Shown here in pieces: positions 41,703 through 53,395 of a stretch of DNA of 64,000 nucleotides. The position numbers were made by a program, and so were the translations under genes. Numbering within the stretch: the stretch's first letter is position 1; each line of letters starts with the position of its first letter. Under the pieces are notes generated by a model. The model was given only the letters and a program-made list of their open reading frames with translations, did not search any database and was not told where the DNA came from. Source of the DNA: Kudoa neothunni (taxonomy: Eukaryota; Animalia; Cnidaria); the NCBI GenBank assembly GCA_964304625.1, contig OZ199838.1, forward strand, positions 8,143,550 through 8,207,549. The letters run 5' to 3'.

Positions 41703-42455
41703 ATGGATAACAACATCACTGTGAGCAAAATAACGGCTCAGAATTTCGAACGAGCTTGGGCTAGAGTTCTGGCAGTAGTTAGCCACCAGAAATGGGACGA
41801 CAGTCGAATAATCACTTTTATTCCCACAGTCCTCGATGATTTTATGTTCGACGCATATCAAACTTTGGAGGAACGACAAAAGAAATCTCCCCAAACGCTG
41901 AAGGAAGCCTTGGCTAAAACCGCTGGCGTACTTCAAACGGAAAGCTCAACCACCGCACAAAGATTTCTGGAACGCCATCAAGGCGCGGATGAAAATGTTT
42001 CAACGTACGCCATCGAACTAAAAAAACTTTTCTTGACTGCGTTCCCAGAGGACGATATTTCCAGCCCAGTGTTGCTACAGAAATTTGTATGTGGCCTGAG
42101 GGCTGACATCAAAAGCTTCTTAACAAAAATTGGAATTCCGCAAACTTTGGAGGAGGCAATTGGCGATGCAATGCGGATCGAGTTGACCGATGAGCGGACG
42201 GAACTATCCCTTAATGCGTTGGCATCCAAAGGAGATAACACCCACTCCAAACTACACGATGAAATTCAATCATTAACCAAAATGGTCAATGAACTCGGAA
42301 TGGAACTGAAACATCTAAAAGGCTGGAACAACCGAGACAAACCAAGGAACGGAAATTGCTTTACGTGCGGGAAACGTGGCCACTGGAAACAAGAGTGTCC
42401 TTTAAACGTGAAAAGGTTGCGAGGGCAGGCAAGAAACTCGCAACCTCATTACTAA
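41703..42455 (+). CDS. gag: Gag with CCHC zinc knuckle
   Basis: Q...ENVSTYAIELKKL major-homology-like region, FVCGL, and CFTCGKRGHWKQEC. Confidence 0.93.
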   Translation: MDNNITVSKITAQNFERAWARVLAVVSHQKWDDSRIITFIPTVLDDFMFDAYQTLEERQKKSPQTLKEALAKTAGVLQTESSTTAQRFLERHQGADENVSTYAIELKKLFLTAFPEDDISSPVLLQKFVCGLRADIKSFLTKIGIPQTLEEAIGDAMRIELTDERTELSLNALASKGDNTHSKLHDEIQSLTKMVNELGMELKHLKGWNNRDKPRNGNCFTCGKRGHWKQECPLNVKRLRGQARNSQPHY

Positions 42456-42461
42456 CTTGCC
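42401..42461 (+). promoter_or_regulatory. -1 programmed ribosomal frameshift signal (U UUA AAC + H-type pseudoknot)
   Basis: Heptamer 42401-07 is in the gag frame, followed by a 6-nt spacer. Stem 1 is AGGTTGCGAG/CTCGCAACCT and stem 2 is GGCAAG/CTTGCC. pol is in the -1 frame. Confidence 0.88.
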
Positions 42462-45400
42462 AAAATAAACTATTACCCTACATAGAGTGTTGTTTGAATG
42501 GTTATTTTTTGCTGGACACAGGCGCAAATGTTTCATTAATTCATAACAAGTGGATCAAAACCGCCAAGCCTAACTATGATAATGTTGAGTGCACGAATGG
42601 AACAAATTTACTTATCTCTGGTGTGGTATCCCAAACTTTTAAAATTGATAATAAAAATTTCAACCATACATTCTTATGCTCCAAAGACCTTAAATACGAT
42701 GGTATTCTTGGATATGATTTCGTGAGCAAGGTACGTGCTACAATTGACACCAATACATCTACATTTAATATTGATGGATGGAGCGCACCCCTCATCTTGG
42801 CTAATAAAGGCTATGGCGCTAATTACAACAATGGCATTTTGTTAGAGGAAACTCAATTAGTTAAATTCTTGGAGGGATATTCTGAGGTCTTTGCCGACGA
42901 TGATTATTCGCTTGGATCAACCTCAGTAATTTCTCATAGAATTAATACGAACTCTGATCCTATACGTCAACCTCCTAGAAGAATTCCCACTGCACTCCGC
43001 CAGGTTGTAAAAGAAAATATTGATAAAATGTTAAAAATGGGGATAATATCCCACAGTGATAGCCCCTGGTCTTCACCGATTGTCATGGTGAAGAAAAAGG
43101 ATGGATCGCATAGATTCTGCGTCGACTATCGGAAACTAAATGCAAATGTTGAAATAGACCCATACCCCCTCCCAAGAATTGACGACACCCTGCAAAGCTT
43201 GGCCGGTTCTTCGGTATTTTCGACGCTAGACCTTAAATCGGGCTATTGGCAGATAGAGATGTCACCCCACGATAGGAAGAAAACGGCCTTTATAACACCG
43301 TTTGGATTATACGAATTTAATGTTATGCCGTTTGGTCTAAATAACGCCCCTGCAACATTCCAAAGAGCAATGGCAACTATACTCAGGAACTGTGTGGGAA
43401 GAAATTGCTTAATATATTTGGACGATATTATTGTATTCTCGAACTCTAGAAATCAACATCTAAAGGATCTTATAGGGATACTCAATAAACTTAAGGCTAA
43501 TGGCCTAAAACGTCATAGAAAAAAAATGCAAATTCTTCCAAACGAATGTTAAATTTCTTGGTCATGTGATATCCTCTGAAGGAATCAAAGTAGACGATAG
43601 TAAAATCAAAGCAATCTTGCAATATCCTTTACCCACAAACGAGAAGGAACTCCGCCGCTTCCTTGGCTTGGCAAATTATTACAGGACATTCATCAAAAAC
43701 TTCGCACAGATATCCGAACCCTTGTATAAATTAACAAGCAAGAACACAAAGTTTATTTGGAATAGCGATTGTCAAAAATCTTTCAAGACTGTTCTACAGA
43801 AACTATCATCAGCCCCAATATTGGCATATCCTGACTACTCCAAACCGTTTTGCCTAACCACAGACGCTTCGAACGTAGCAGTTGGTGCCATATTGAGTCA
43901 AGACATTCCCGGTACAGGTGGCGTTATTGCATACTTCAGTCGGACATTAACCAAAGCAGACAGAAACTACTCCACCTTTGACAAGGAAGCATTGGCAATC
44001 GTATCAGCGATAAAAGAATTTCGACACCACCTGTATGGGCGAAGCTTCAACATTTACACAGATCACAATCCTCTGTGCTACTTGAACAGTTTGAAGGACT
44101 CTCACGGCAGGATAGCAAGGTGGTTAACGTTCTTGCAAGACTTCGATTTCAAGATCCACTACAAACGAGGAAGCATAAATACAAATGCTGACGCAATGTC
44201 CAGAATAGAAACAACAATCAATTCTTTGGAAATCAACACTACAGTACTGGAAGAACTTAAAAAAAACACTTATAGTGATGCCTACCTTGAAGGCTACAGA
44301 AAGCGGATTTTGAAGAATGGTGGCATGTATAAAACCAAAAGAGGAAGTTTTTCAATTCTGGAGAATGGCCTAATATGTCGAGAATACGCCCTTAATGGAG
44401 AGAAATATCATCAGATTTGTATCCCAGAAAAATTACGTAACCTTTGCCTCAGTGAAATGCATGATCAAATGTTCCACCATGGTTGTTTCAAAACTTTCGA
44501 TAATGTTAGAACAAGATATTATTGGCCAGGATATTACATCCAAACAAATAAATATGTCTCCGAGTGCACAATTTGTCAAAAACACCGAAACTCGTCGGCC
44601 GCAAAACCGCCATTGGAACATTTCAAGCCTTCCCGTCCCTTCGATATTATACAATGCGACGTGGTTGGACCACTTGAAACTACTGTGAGAGGTAACAAGT
44701 ACATCCTAGTTATAACTGATATATTTTCCAAATGGGTCGAAGCGTTCCCTCTGCCAGCAGTGACGTCCCGAGATTTTGTTGATATTTTAGTGAACCATAT
44801 CGTAAGCAGATTTGGGATCCCCCGACAAATCCACACCGACCAAGGTACCAACTTCACCTCGAAAATAGTAGATGAATTCTGTCAGAATATGAATATAGCC
44901 AAAACAAGAACGACAAGTTACCACCCGGAAGGAAATGGAGTCGTAGAAAGATTCAACAGGACTCTAAAAGAGATGCTAAAAAAATGTTGCAACGCGGAGG
45001 AAAATTGGGATTTATACTTACCATTTTTACTGCTAGTATACCGAAATACCACCCATGAGACGATCCGTTGTAGCCCCTCTGAAATCCTTTTTGGACGACG
45101 ACTACCTATGCCGTGTGACCATTTTGAAGAACTACACAATTCCAAACACTCCAACATGTCGCAATATATAAGTAACGCCCGGAAACAAATCAAAAAATTT
45201 TGGTCGTCTTCTAAAAAAAATATGGAAAAGTCATTCAAAAAAATGGAAAGATACCACAAACATGGGAATTATGATCCAATCACACCAGGAAACTTTGCGT
45301 GGCTGAATAATCCAATCAAACACTCCTCTAAATTTAGTCATAATTGGTCAGGCCCCTATAAAATCATTTCGTGCCGAAGACAAGTATATACGATCGAGGA

Positions 45401-45716
45401 TATAAATAAAAAAAGATTCACAGTGAATAGAAGCAGACTCCGAGAATTTAGAAATCCATCTGCAGACGTATCGTATCAACCATGCAAACCTACCATCAGC
45501 CAACCCACAATTGTGCAGGGTATTAATGACGACTCCGGAGATGTTTTCATCAGACTTGACGAGAATACGTGGAATAATGATACCAGCGGCAGTCATGGAA
45601 CTAACCAGCAAATAACGCCCGTGCCTACCCAAAGTCATGAACGCCCGACCAGATCAAAGAAACCTCCAAGCTGGTTGTCTGATTTCCGCCATAATCTTAT
45701 GGGGGGAGGTGTGTAA
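42401..45716 (+). CDS. pol: Pol (protease, RT, RNase H, integrase), interrupted by one extra A in an A8 run at 43519-26
   Basis: LLDTGA protease, YLDD RT, TDAS RNase H, HHCC + DDE integrase and a GPY motif. Removing one A restores RKKCKFFQTNVKFLGHVI. Confidence 0.93.
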
Positions 45717-45840
45717 CACGGATTAACATTGTTAATCCATGTTATCAGAATAACATACATAGGCTGCCGTAAGGCGGCCTTAGCGTTCGGATAGTTTAGT
45801 TATTGTCCTTTTGTTGAACGTGGACTTTCTTGGCGTTACA
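45712..45840 (+). repeat. 3' LTR
   Basis: Identical to the 5' LTR. The pol stop codon lies within its first bases. Confidence 0.97.
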
Positions 45841-47546
45841 GGGGGTTTTCGTAGAGCCGACGCCCGCTATCAGATGACTTTCCCAGACTAATTCTGGGTT
45901 AGTCCAAGGTATGGTTGGGATGGTGGTTGCTCCGAAACGAGGATGTTTAATGGGTTAAAATCTCACACTACCGCATAAATGTAAGTCGCCTTAATATGAC
46001 GCTGCGGAGCTAAATGTGGAAATTGAGAAGGCCTAACCAGCTCGAACTTCACAACCTAACAACAAGTTGCGCCAGGGGTTTGACCTTGCAAATTACACAT
46101 GCTGGTGGCTGAAGATGGGAAATCGTTCCCGATTTTCCTTCTCTCTTATTTTGCATGAAGCCTCCGATGCCCAAAGGAAAATCTCTGCGTAAAGATAACC
46201 AGAGATTTCCTAAAGTCTTTTAGGGAACAACTGGTACACAGAACCTACCCACGACAAAACGCTTTTCCCGCGGAAGGCGGTGGCACAGAAGGTCGAAACG
46301 GAGGCTTCTACATCTTCGGAATTTGGCAACCCTCACCCTATTTAACATTAGTTAATAATCATTAGTATTTTAACCTTTTTCGCTTTGTTGCTTTGATTGT
46401 CTTTTCTCTTCGCCCTTTAGCATTCTTATCATACATAACAATATCAAAAGGATTAATCTAAATAATATGGGCTGGATATGTAATAAAAAAATATATATTA
46501 CATAATTTATTAATCCCCTCGGGACCATACGGGGTCATTCGTGACCCCATTTTTGGTAAATGTTTGTTTTTACCTGCTTAAACTTTTCATTTGAATTTTT
46601 TGGTTCACGTGATCTTAGATTAACAATACTGTTCAGAAATACGAAATTTCAGATAAAGTATAGTATTCTACGGTTCAACAATTTTGTTTAATTTTACGTA
46701 TAACCAATAATGTTATTTAAAACTATTTTATATGGTTGTATCAAGTGTATTTAGTTTATTTAATAAGAAAAATGATCATTCCAATATATATTGTCACGAC
46801 CAAACTGAGGAATATTGTGATTTGTAACTATTCTTGTTATCTGATATGATTCCAAAGATGGAATGGGATTCAAGAGACTAATCCCATTATTATTGTCCTC
46901 CAGGTTATTGCGCTTTGAAACCCGAACAGGTTGCCTGATGTGCTTTTAAAATACTTACCTTTTCCATGAATTAAATTTAAATCGTAGTAAATTAAAAGGT
47001 GGCCACATTTTACTAAAAATTAATAGATTAAAACTTAGTCACATTATTTCCGTGTCATGATACCGCCAAATTTCAATGATTCCCTATTCCACAAAACTAA
47101 CAAGTAGACATTTATGTTAATCGTTTTATTTTTTTAATTGTCAATGAAATAAAGCTAGGCCATTTCCTTATAACCATTGAAACAATTAAAATCAAGATGA
47201 AAGAAATAAGCTTTGAATCATATTTATATTCTGATTAAAAATAGTTTCACTCATAATTCAAATAAATCCATCCTTACTTATTTAGACTTAACATTATTCT
47301 TTATTTCTCAAGATGTGTTGTAAACATATCTTAGTGTAAATCAATAATGGATTATCGAATTTCACCAGGGTTACCTCCGGTTAGTGCCATGGTGGAGCAG
47401 CCTAATATTAATATTAAAGTGACGTAGAAGTTTCAATTTTGTTACATTCAATTAAAAACGAAACCGAAATAGTTATATCTATTACATCCACCATTTGAAG
47501 CCTGGTTAAACTACAGTCTACGTGTACCCAGTTCGGAAGATATCAT

Positions 47547-48460
47547 ATGTTCTCGGGAAATATTCGCGTCATGTCAAGTTTAAAAGAATGTTCACATTGG
47601 AAAATAAAAGATACCATAACAATACTTGGTTATGGTTATTTTCGAGATGATATAAATTATACAATTGAAACTATGATCAATACTGGACTTTTGAGGATCT
47701 ATCTTAAACGTTCTTGTGGCTCGATAATGAAAATGGTGACAAAGAAGGACATTGGTGATGGTCATCAGTTTTGTCGCAAAATTAGCCGAAAGAGATACTC
47801 AATTAGAAAATACAATATTTTCGAATTATCAAAACTTCCATTGTGGGAATGTTTTGTCTTTCTCTTCTATACTGTCCAAAGTTCCAGTGCCACATACGAA
47901 GAAATACAACATCATGTCGATATCGCATCCTTTTCTACCATAGCAGAATGGAAGAGTTTAATTCGAGATTTGATAGATTCGAAATGGGATGATGAGTGCA
48001 CAAAAACTGGAGGCGAGAACATTGTAGTTCAAATCGATGAGACTGTTGTTTCCAAAGAAAATACAACGTGGGGAGAACTTTAAATAACCAATAGCTCTGG
48101 TTAATTTGGAGTATAGGCGAAAATAGTGAGTGTTTTTAAAAATATCCCGCTACAGGGATCAGAATGTTCTTGAGAACATAATAGTTGATAACGTAGAAGA
48201 AGGATCCACAATATGGACTCACGGTTGGGCTGGATACAATAGGTTAGAAAGTTTAGACTTCTCTCATGGAAGAGTTACTCGTAAATGACAGTTTGTTTCA
48301 AGTGGAAAAGTCCATACTAACGGGATTGAATCTATTTGGGCGCTTTTAAACGTAAATACAAAAACCCAGAAACCTTGCCTGAGTATATACCAGACTAGCC
48401 ATTTCGAAGGAAGTATTACGAACGAGAATTAGGATACTTTGTAGATATTTATTGATATTA
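47547..48460 (+). pseudogene. Merlin/ISXO2-like transposase pseudogene
   Basis: Homologous to 7591-6666 (YFRDDINYTI, KDIGDGHQF, VVQIDET, NVEEGSTIWTHGW, VHTNGIESIW), with stops and frameshifts. Confidence 0.82.
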
Positions 48461-48882
48461 TATACAAATCAAATTTATTGCCGAGTGTGCTCATCGATTA
48501 CCGACTGTGGTATAAAATAAACTAAATAATTTAAAAACGCACTCCCTGCTCAGTTTTATACAACACATGCAGTGCAAATATGAAATTTTTTTTTAATAAC
48601 TCTTATGGGCCCCACGTATATTCAAAATCAAGTGATTGTTATTGAGTATATATTACAATAAGAAGTATTACTAGAAATTAAACTAAAATTTAACCAAAAT
48701 CATACGTAATTTTAACTAATATAGGCATGTGCACACCACGGTATCGGAATCGATGAGACTAAAAATTTACGTACGCGTAATATTTAGAAAAAAGCGATAT
48801 CGATGAAAACCTAGTCAATATATGGGATGTACAGTGATAGAAACGGCGATGAAAAAATTAAAAGAAAAAGGTGTTGCTATGT

Positions 48883-49374
48883 TTACATTGGAACGTTTCT
48901 TAAATCCGTAGTCCCATAAAACTGAACACAACGAATTCGAGAATCCATTCCATCGTGGTGATTGCAATCTATAACAAGTCTCACATGCATCGCAACGACT
49001 GGTTTATCTTCAGTGTTACAGCTAAAACATATCCAACCAGTGTATTTTGGTATTCTGAAGTTGCTTATATTGACCAAATCATTCAGATCATTCCCGACAA
49101 GAAGAGTTGTGCTACTCGGAGCATAACTATCATCTTTCGTATAATCTACATATATGTACAATGACTGCAACAGGACTGCATAGGGAAATCTAGCGTCGAT
49201 TATATGAGGAAGAGTCCCATCAGATTGCCAATAACTATCACTGCATAATGATCTCATATTAGCTAAATCCGAATCTTTTCTTGTACTCGATGCTTCATAC
49301 AGAGCTATGGAACCAATCTCTTCGTATAAATTTGAACGTTCACTATCTTCGAAAGGAGGGGGAAGCTCTGACAT
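48883..49374 (-). CDS. ANAPC10: Anaphase-promoting complex subunit 10 (DOC1), single coding exon
   Basis: SYWQSDGTLPH, YVDYTKDDSYAPS and NHHDGMDSRIR match APC10 signature motifs. Confidence 0.9.
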   Translation of the reverse strand: MSELPPPFEDSERSNLYEEIGSIALYEASSTRKDSDLANMRSLCSDSYWQSDGTLPHIIDARFPYAVLLQSLYIYVDYTKDDSYAPSSTTLLVGNDLNDLVNISNFRIPKYTGWICFSCNTEDKPVVAMHVRLVIDCNHHDGMDSRIRCVQFYGTTDLRNVPM

Positions 49375-49717
49375 CTAATTCGGCGTAAGTCGTCTTCAAC
49401 TTTATCCGAGTTTTTACGCTACATTTTTTTCATTTTTGGTTAATATTGATAAGATATTGATAAACAATGATTAAAATTAATTCATCGTTAAGGGGATTCT
49501 TCTTATTTTAAATTAATAAAAAAAGGAGTAAATTGGAAATACTATACTTGTAGTTGGGGGAATTTTTTGTTTAATTCGAAATATTTACGGTTATTTGTTT
49601 CTTTTATACTCGATGTTATTTTTCAAATGTAGTAAACTATCGAAATACAGTGCAACCTCTGAATTCGACCAAAAATATTGAGTTAGAAGCACTTTTGAGT
49701 TCGAACACATAGATAGG

Positions 49718-50593
49718 GGTTAAAGTTCAGTTCCTCGCTCTTCGGCGTCCGCCGGTTATCCACCATCGGTACTAATCGGGGTTCCGGCTGCTTACATTTT
49801 CCGGAGTATGCTTCTTGCAATCTTCAATTACGAAAATTTAGATAACCTAAATTTTGGAGACTTATGTTACTTCAAGGATCATCCTGAAGATTCAGTTATT
49901 TTTTTGATTTGATTTGATTTATTTTATTGTAAAAATCTATATAGTTATATCTTTTTCCATTCGTAATTGAATAAATATCTTTAGTGAAATACGGCATTGT
50001 TGAGTTTATTTTAATTAGTGGTAAGTGTTAACCTATTATTTTTTAGAATGATTATATGTATTTATCAAATAATTAAATTTTTTGTATAAAATAACAAAAT
50101 CTTCCAAAAATTAAGTTAAAAGAGATTATTTTACATTAACATAGTCTCATTAGGACATAATTAAAAAAGAAATGGTATGATATGTGATTTTTATCCATCT
50201 AAAAACTATTAAACTACATTAAGATGCAAATATCACGAGTCGACATATTATTTTAGCTTATAAATTTTTTAAAAAAGAACATGTAAAATATAAAAAATAT
50301 TTACTATTTATCTTTAAAATGTAATTTTATTTTAGATTTTATACCGTTATCTATCATTTGTTTTAAAAAATAACAAATATAATCTATAATTAATCATTAA
50401 TATCTATAATACCATATGATATTGTTATGCACATAAATTGACACCTTATTTTATAATTGATAGATTTTGTTTAATTACGTCTAGCCAAAGTAAACAAGAT
50501 TTTATTGGGTTTATATGTTATGAAGCGTGACCTAATTAGTACCGATGGCGGGTAACCGACGGACGCCGAAGGGGGAGGAACTGAACTTTAACC
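49718..50593. mobile_element. MITE with ~60-bp GC-rich TIRs, probably Merlin-type
   Basis: TIR GGTTAAAGTTCAGTTCCTC...CGGCGTCCG...CCATCGGTACTAAT. Perfect 8-bp TSD TAGATAGG (49710-17, 50594-601). Confidence 0.88.
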
Positions 50594-50771
50594 TAGATAG
50601 GTTATTCAGAACAAATTCAGTTGGAGCGAAAAACAGAGAAGAAAAGAAATTCTAGAAGGAGATTTGCCCAATCAAATTTAGCGAACGTCACCGAAAGAAA
50701 AACTTTTATGTATCGTACGACGACCAAATAATCTTTATCCTATGTAACATGTGGATTATAAGTATTGTAAT

Positions 50772-52831
50772 CAGGGTTGTCAGAAGATTAGCGAAAAAAT
50801 GAGATTAAGGAGAAAAAACGTAGTTATTTCAAATGTTTTTTAATCTATCTAAAATTAAATTGTTTCATTACAGTTATCTTCATAAAGGTTTGTCTCTATG
50901 AACGCTGTTATTAAATTTTCAGGCGGGTTCTATTTTATACAATCTGTATTATAAAATAAACTCTTCGAATAAATCAAGCTGTTTAATGTTTCGGTCTTCA
51001 ATAATGATCTATTTTTCGTTTTGATTATGTTCAATTGGGAAAATATTCTTCCGACACAAGCGGAAGAATGAGGTAATGAGAGCAAGCTTATCATTAGTTT
51101 TGAAATTAATGGATATTTAGGAACATCGCCAATTCTTTTTTCTGATACGCCGTACAAAAATTTTTCGGGATCTTCGAACGAAACGAGATTTGAGTCTTCG
51201 AGAGTTAATTGTCTCCATTCAATATCCACATTGGTGTAGGCTTCACCCGATATAAGAATGGGGAATCTTACTGTAAGGCGTATGATAAACTTGGGCTTAC
51301 TTTCATTTACGTTACTTGGATCCATTGCCTCAAACAATTCAAGTTCTTTAAATGAATTATTGTATAGAGTGATTAAATATTTCATTTGTTAAAGAAATAT
51401 TAAAATTAAATGTATTTATTTTATATTGGAGATATTCTTGTGAATTTATAATGGAAAAATTCATTGTACATATGCAAGTCATTTTGGATCCGCGACAAAC
51501 GCTATCTAATGGAAGATAATTTGAAGGGTTATTAATATTCCAAATATCTATATTTTTAATGATTTCTCTTTTTATAAATAAGCTGAGAATAACTTTTACT
51601 GTAACACTAATTGAATTTTGTAGCTTGTGCATTCGAAAGGTTTCTGATTAGAATTCAAGATTAAGTTTGTTCACTACTGGAAGTATAAAGTTTAAGAATT
51701 CAAACCAATATTTTGATATTGCATTAGCGAAAAACATTTAAAGTGCATTCCATCGATCGAGTATTCTGGCGACGACTTGTTCAAGTGACAACCATCTTGT
51801 GCTACAAGGGCGTAATATCTTTCTAGGACAAATATCCATTATCTTCTTAAATTCCTTGTATTCACTCAAATGTTTTGAGCTATTCGAAACGTATGTGTAA
51901 ATACTTCTAGCTAAATCTTCCAACTCGTTTGGAAGCTGATGACAAGCTTTAGAAGCACATACAAAATTTACCGAGTGACAAACGCAACCTTGCACGTAAA
52001 GCGAAGGAATTCTTTGTTTCAGTGAACTCTGGACACCACTTTTGTTAACCATCATAACATTTGCATTGTCACTAGCAAATCCGATAAAATTATGAATGGA
52101 GATATTAGTTTTAAAAAAATTTATCAATGATTCAAAAATTCTTTTCCCAGTACAATTCATTATCTCCAACATGACCAAATATTTGTCCATTGTCTTTTTA
52201 ACATCGTCATCATAATATCGAGCTACTAAAACTAGTTGTTTAGTTGGGGATATATCATATCTGTGGTTTCATCTATTATTAATGAAAATTTGGTTGTTTG
52301 TAATTTTTATATTTAGTTTTTTAAGTAATATTTCCTAATAACACAACGAAAAATACACTTGTCCTTCGTTCGAGCATATTTAATATCTTTGCAAATAGAA
52401 AAATTTTCACAAACATTGGCAACTAAACCAGGCAGATGATCCAAGAATGACAACGGCAAATTGTGTTCCGTAAGAAAGGCACATAATTTCAATTCTGCTT
52501 TAGCTATTTTTCTAGCATATACAACAAAACTGTTAAATTCTATATAACCATCTATTTTCATATTATTTGTAGATTGTCTCATATTTCTTAAATGCTTTTC
52601 AGTTTCCACATGTCTTTCGATTCGTGAAATATTCCCCGAAACTTCATTTTTACACATTTTACAGAACACTTTCTCCTTGATATCCTTACTCATATCAATC
52701 CACTGGATAAATCTTCTATTTTCCAACCATTCTCTTCTTACCTTGCGTTTATAACCTTTATATATTTTCTTTTTTAGTGTGTTACTTATATCGCTTTCGC
52801 AGTCGCTATCGTTTTGATTAAAGGCCATCAA
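50772..52831 (-). mobile_element. hAT transposon, degenerate transposase
   Basis: Zn finger FCKMC...H...H, FASDNANVM, CVCHS, STRWLS and the dimerisation motif LPHSSACVGRIFSQLN. Terminus-like CAGGGTTG at 50772. Confidence 0.85.
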
Positions 52832-52989
52832 GAATTACTCACCTAAAAAATATTAAATTATGTATAATACAATAAAAGTTACAGAAATTAATTCAACTTG
52901 TTGAATGCAAAAACTATGTAGTAACTTACTAAAACACACATTATTAAGAATGATGTTGTAGGTTGTAATAAGTATTTGTGAATAAAATT

Positions 52990-53395
52990 TTATTCTTATC
53001 GTGGCATTTGGTCTGGCTTCGCATATTAACTGCATCAACCTGGTGGCATAGAGTTTGACATCCTCCTCAGGTAGTTTTGACGCTTCCACGAATTCCGTCC
53101 GAATCCTTTCAGGACGTCTCAAAGATTTTTTATATTCATTTAGACATAATTTGAGAGCGTTGAAGGCTCCCAGCTCCATCTTGGACACTTCTGTCGGTAT
53201 TACTTGGCTATGAATGCTTTTTGGTATACATAAAAGCAAATAGGCATATGCTTGTTCAGCCGATAAATTTTCAAGAAGAATCATAGCTTCCACTTCCTCT
53301 AGTTGAGGTTCAATGGGTTCGTTTAGTTTTATTTTTCTACCAATATAATATTTTTTCAACCCTGCCATCAATGTAAGACAGCAAAAGAAGACACA
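52990..53395 (-). pseudogene. Gypsy gag fragment with LTR-end remnant
   Basis: YAYLLLCIP and ARPNAT are shared with the gag at 57745. The upstream GTGTCTTCTTTTGCTGTCTTACA resembles the sequence upstream of that gag. Confidence 0.65.

Larger units (their letters stand above)
41512..45840 (+). mobile_element. Full-length young Ty3/Gypsy LTR retrotransposon (4329 bp)
   Basis: Identical 129-bp LTRs (TGTAAC...GTTACA), 5-bp TSD GGGGG, PBS-like TGGTGACAGG at 41643, PPT GGGGGGAGGTG at 45701-11, and domain order gag-PR-RT-RH-IN. Confidence 0.97.
41287..46340 (+). ncRNA. Candidate large structured RNA or RNA-derived element (~720 nt), split by the Gypsy insertion into 41287-41511 and 45846-46340; family unknown
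   Basis: GC-rich island with no ORF. More than 12 nested helices, three of which pair across the insertion site. G-U wobbles are consistent with the + strand. Confidence 0.5.

Noticed and set aside
43519-43566. Second programmed frameshift between RT and RNase H
   Set aside because: It falls inside the conserved RT domain with no stimulatory structure. A homopolymer indel is the simpler explanation.
45884-45905. Group I intron P7-like pair (CAGACTA...TAGTCC) in the structured element
   Set aside because: Only 9 nt separate the strands, leaving no room for P3' and P8.
45871-46308. Hammerhead or twister ribozyme core (CAGATGA...GAAAC; GCCTTAA...TAAATGTGGA)
   Set aside because: No CUGANGA on either strand with a proper stem II and NUH site. 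The twister P4 and pseudoknots cannot be built.
46032-46340. Telomerase-RNA template-like words (CCTAACC, AACCTAAC, AACCCTCACCCTA)
   Set aside because: No clean 1.5x TTAGGG template. One word is paired in a helix and another lies at the extreme 3' end.
53357-53364. CAACCCTG as the second TIR of the hAT element, implying gag capture
   Set aside because: Only an 8-bp match, and the flanks show no 8-bp TSD.
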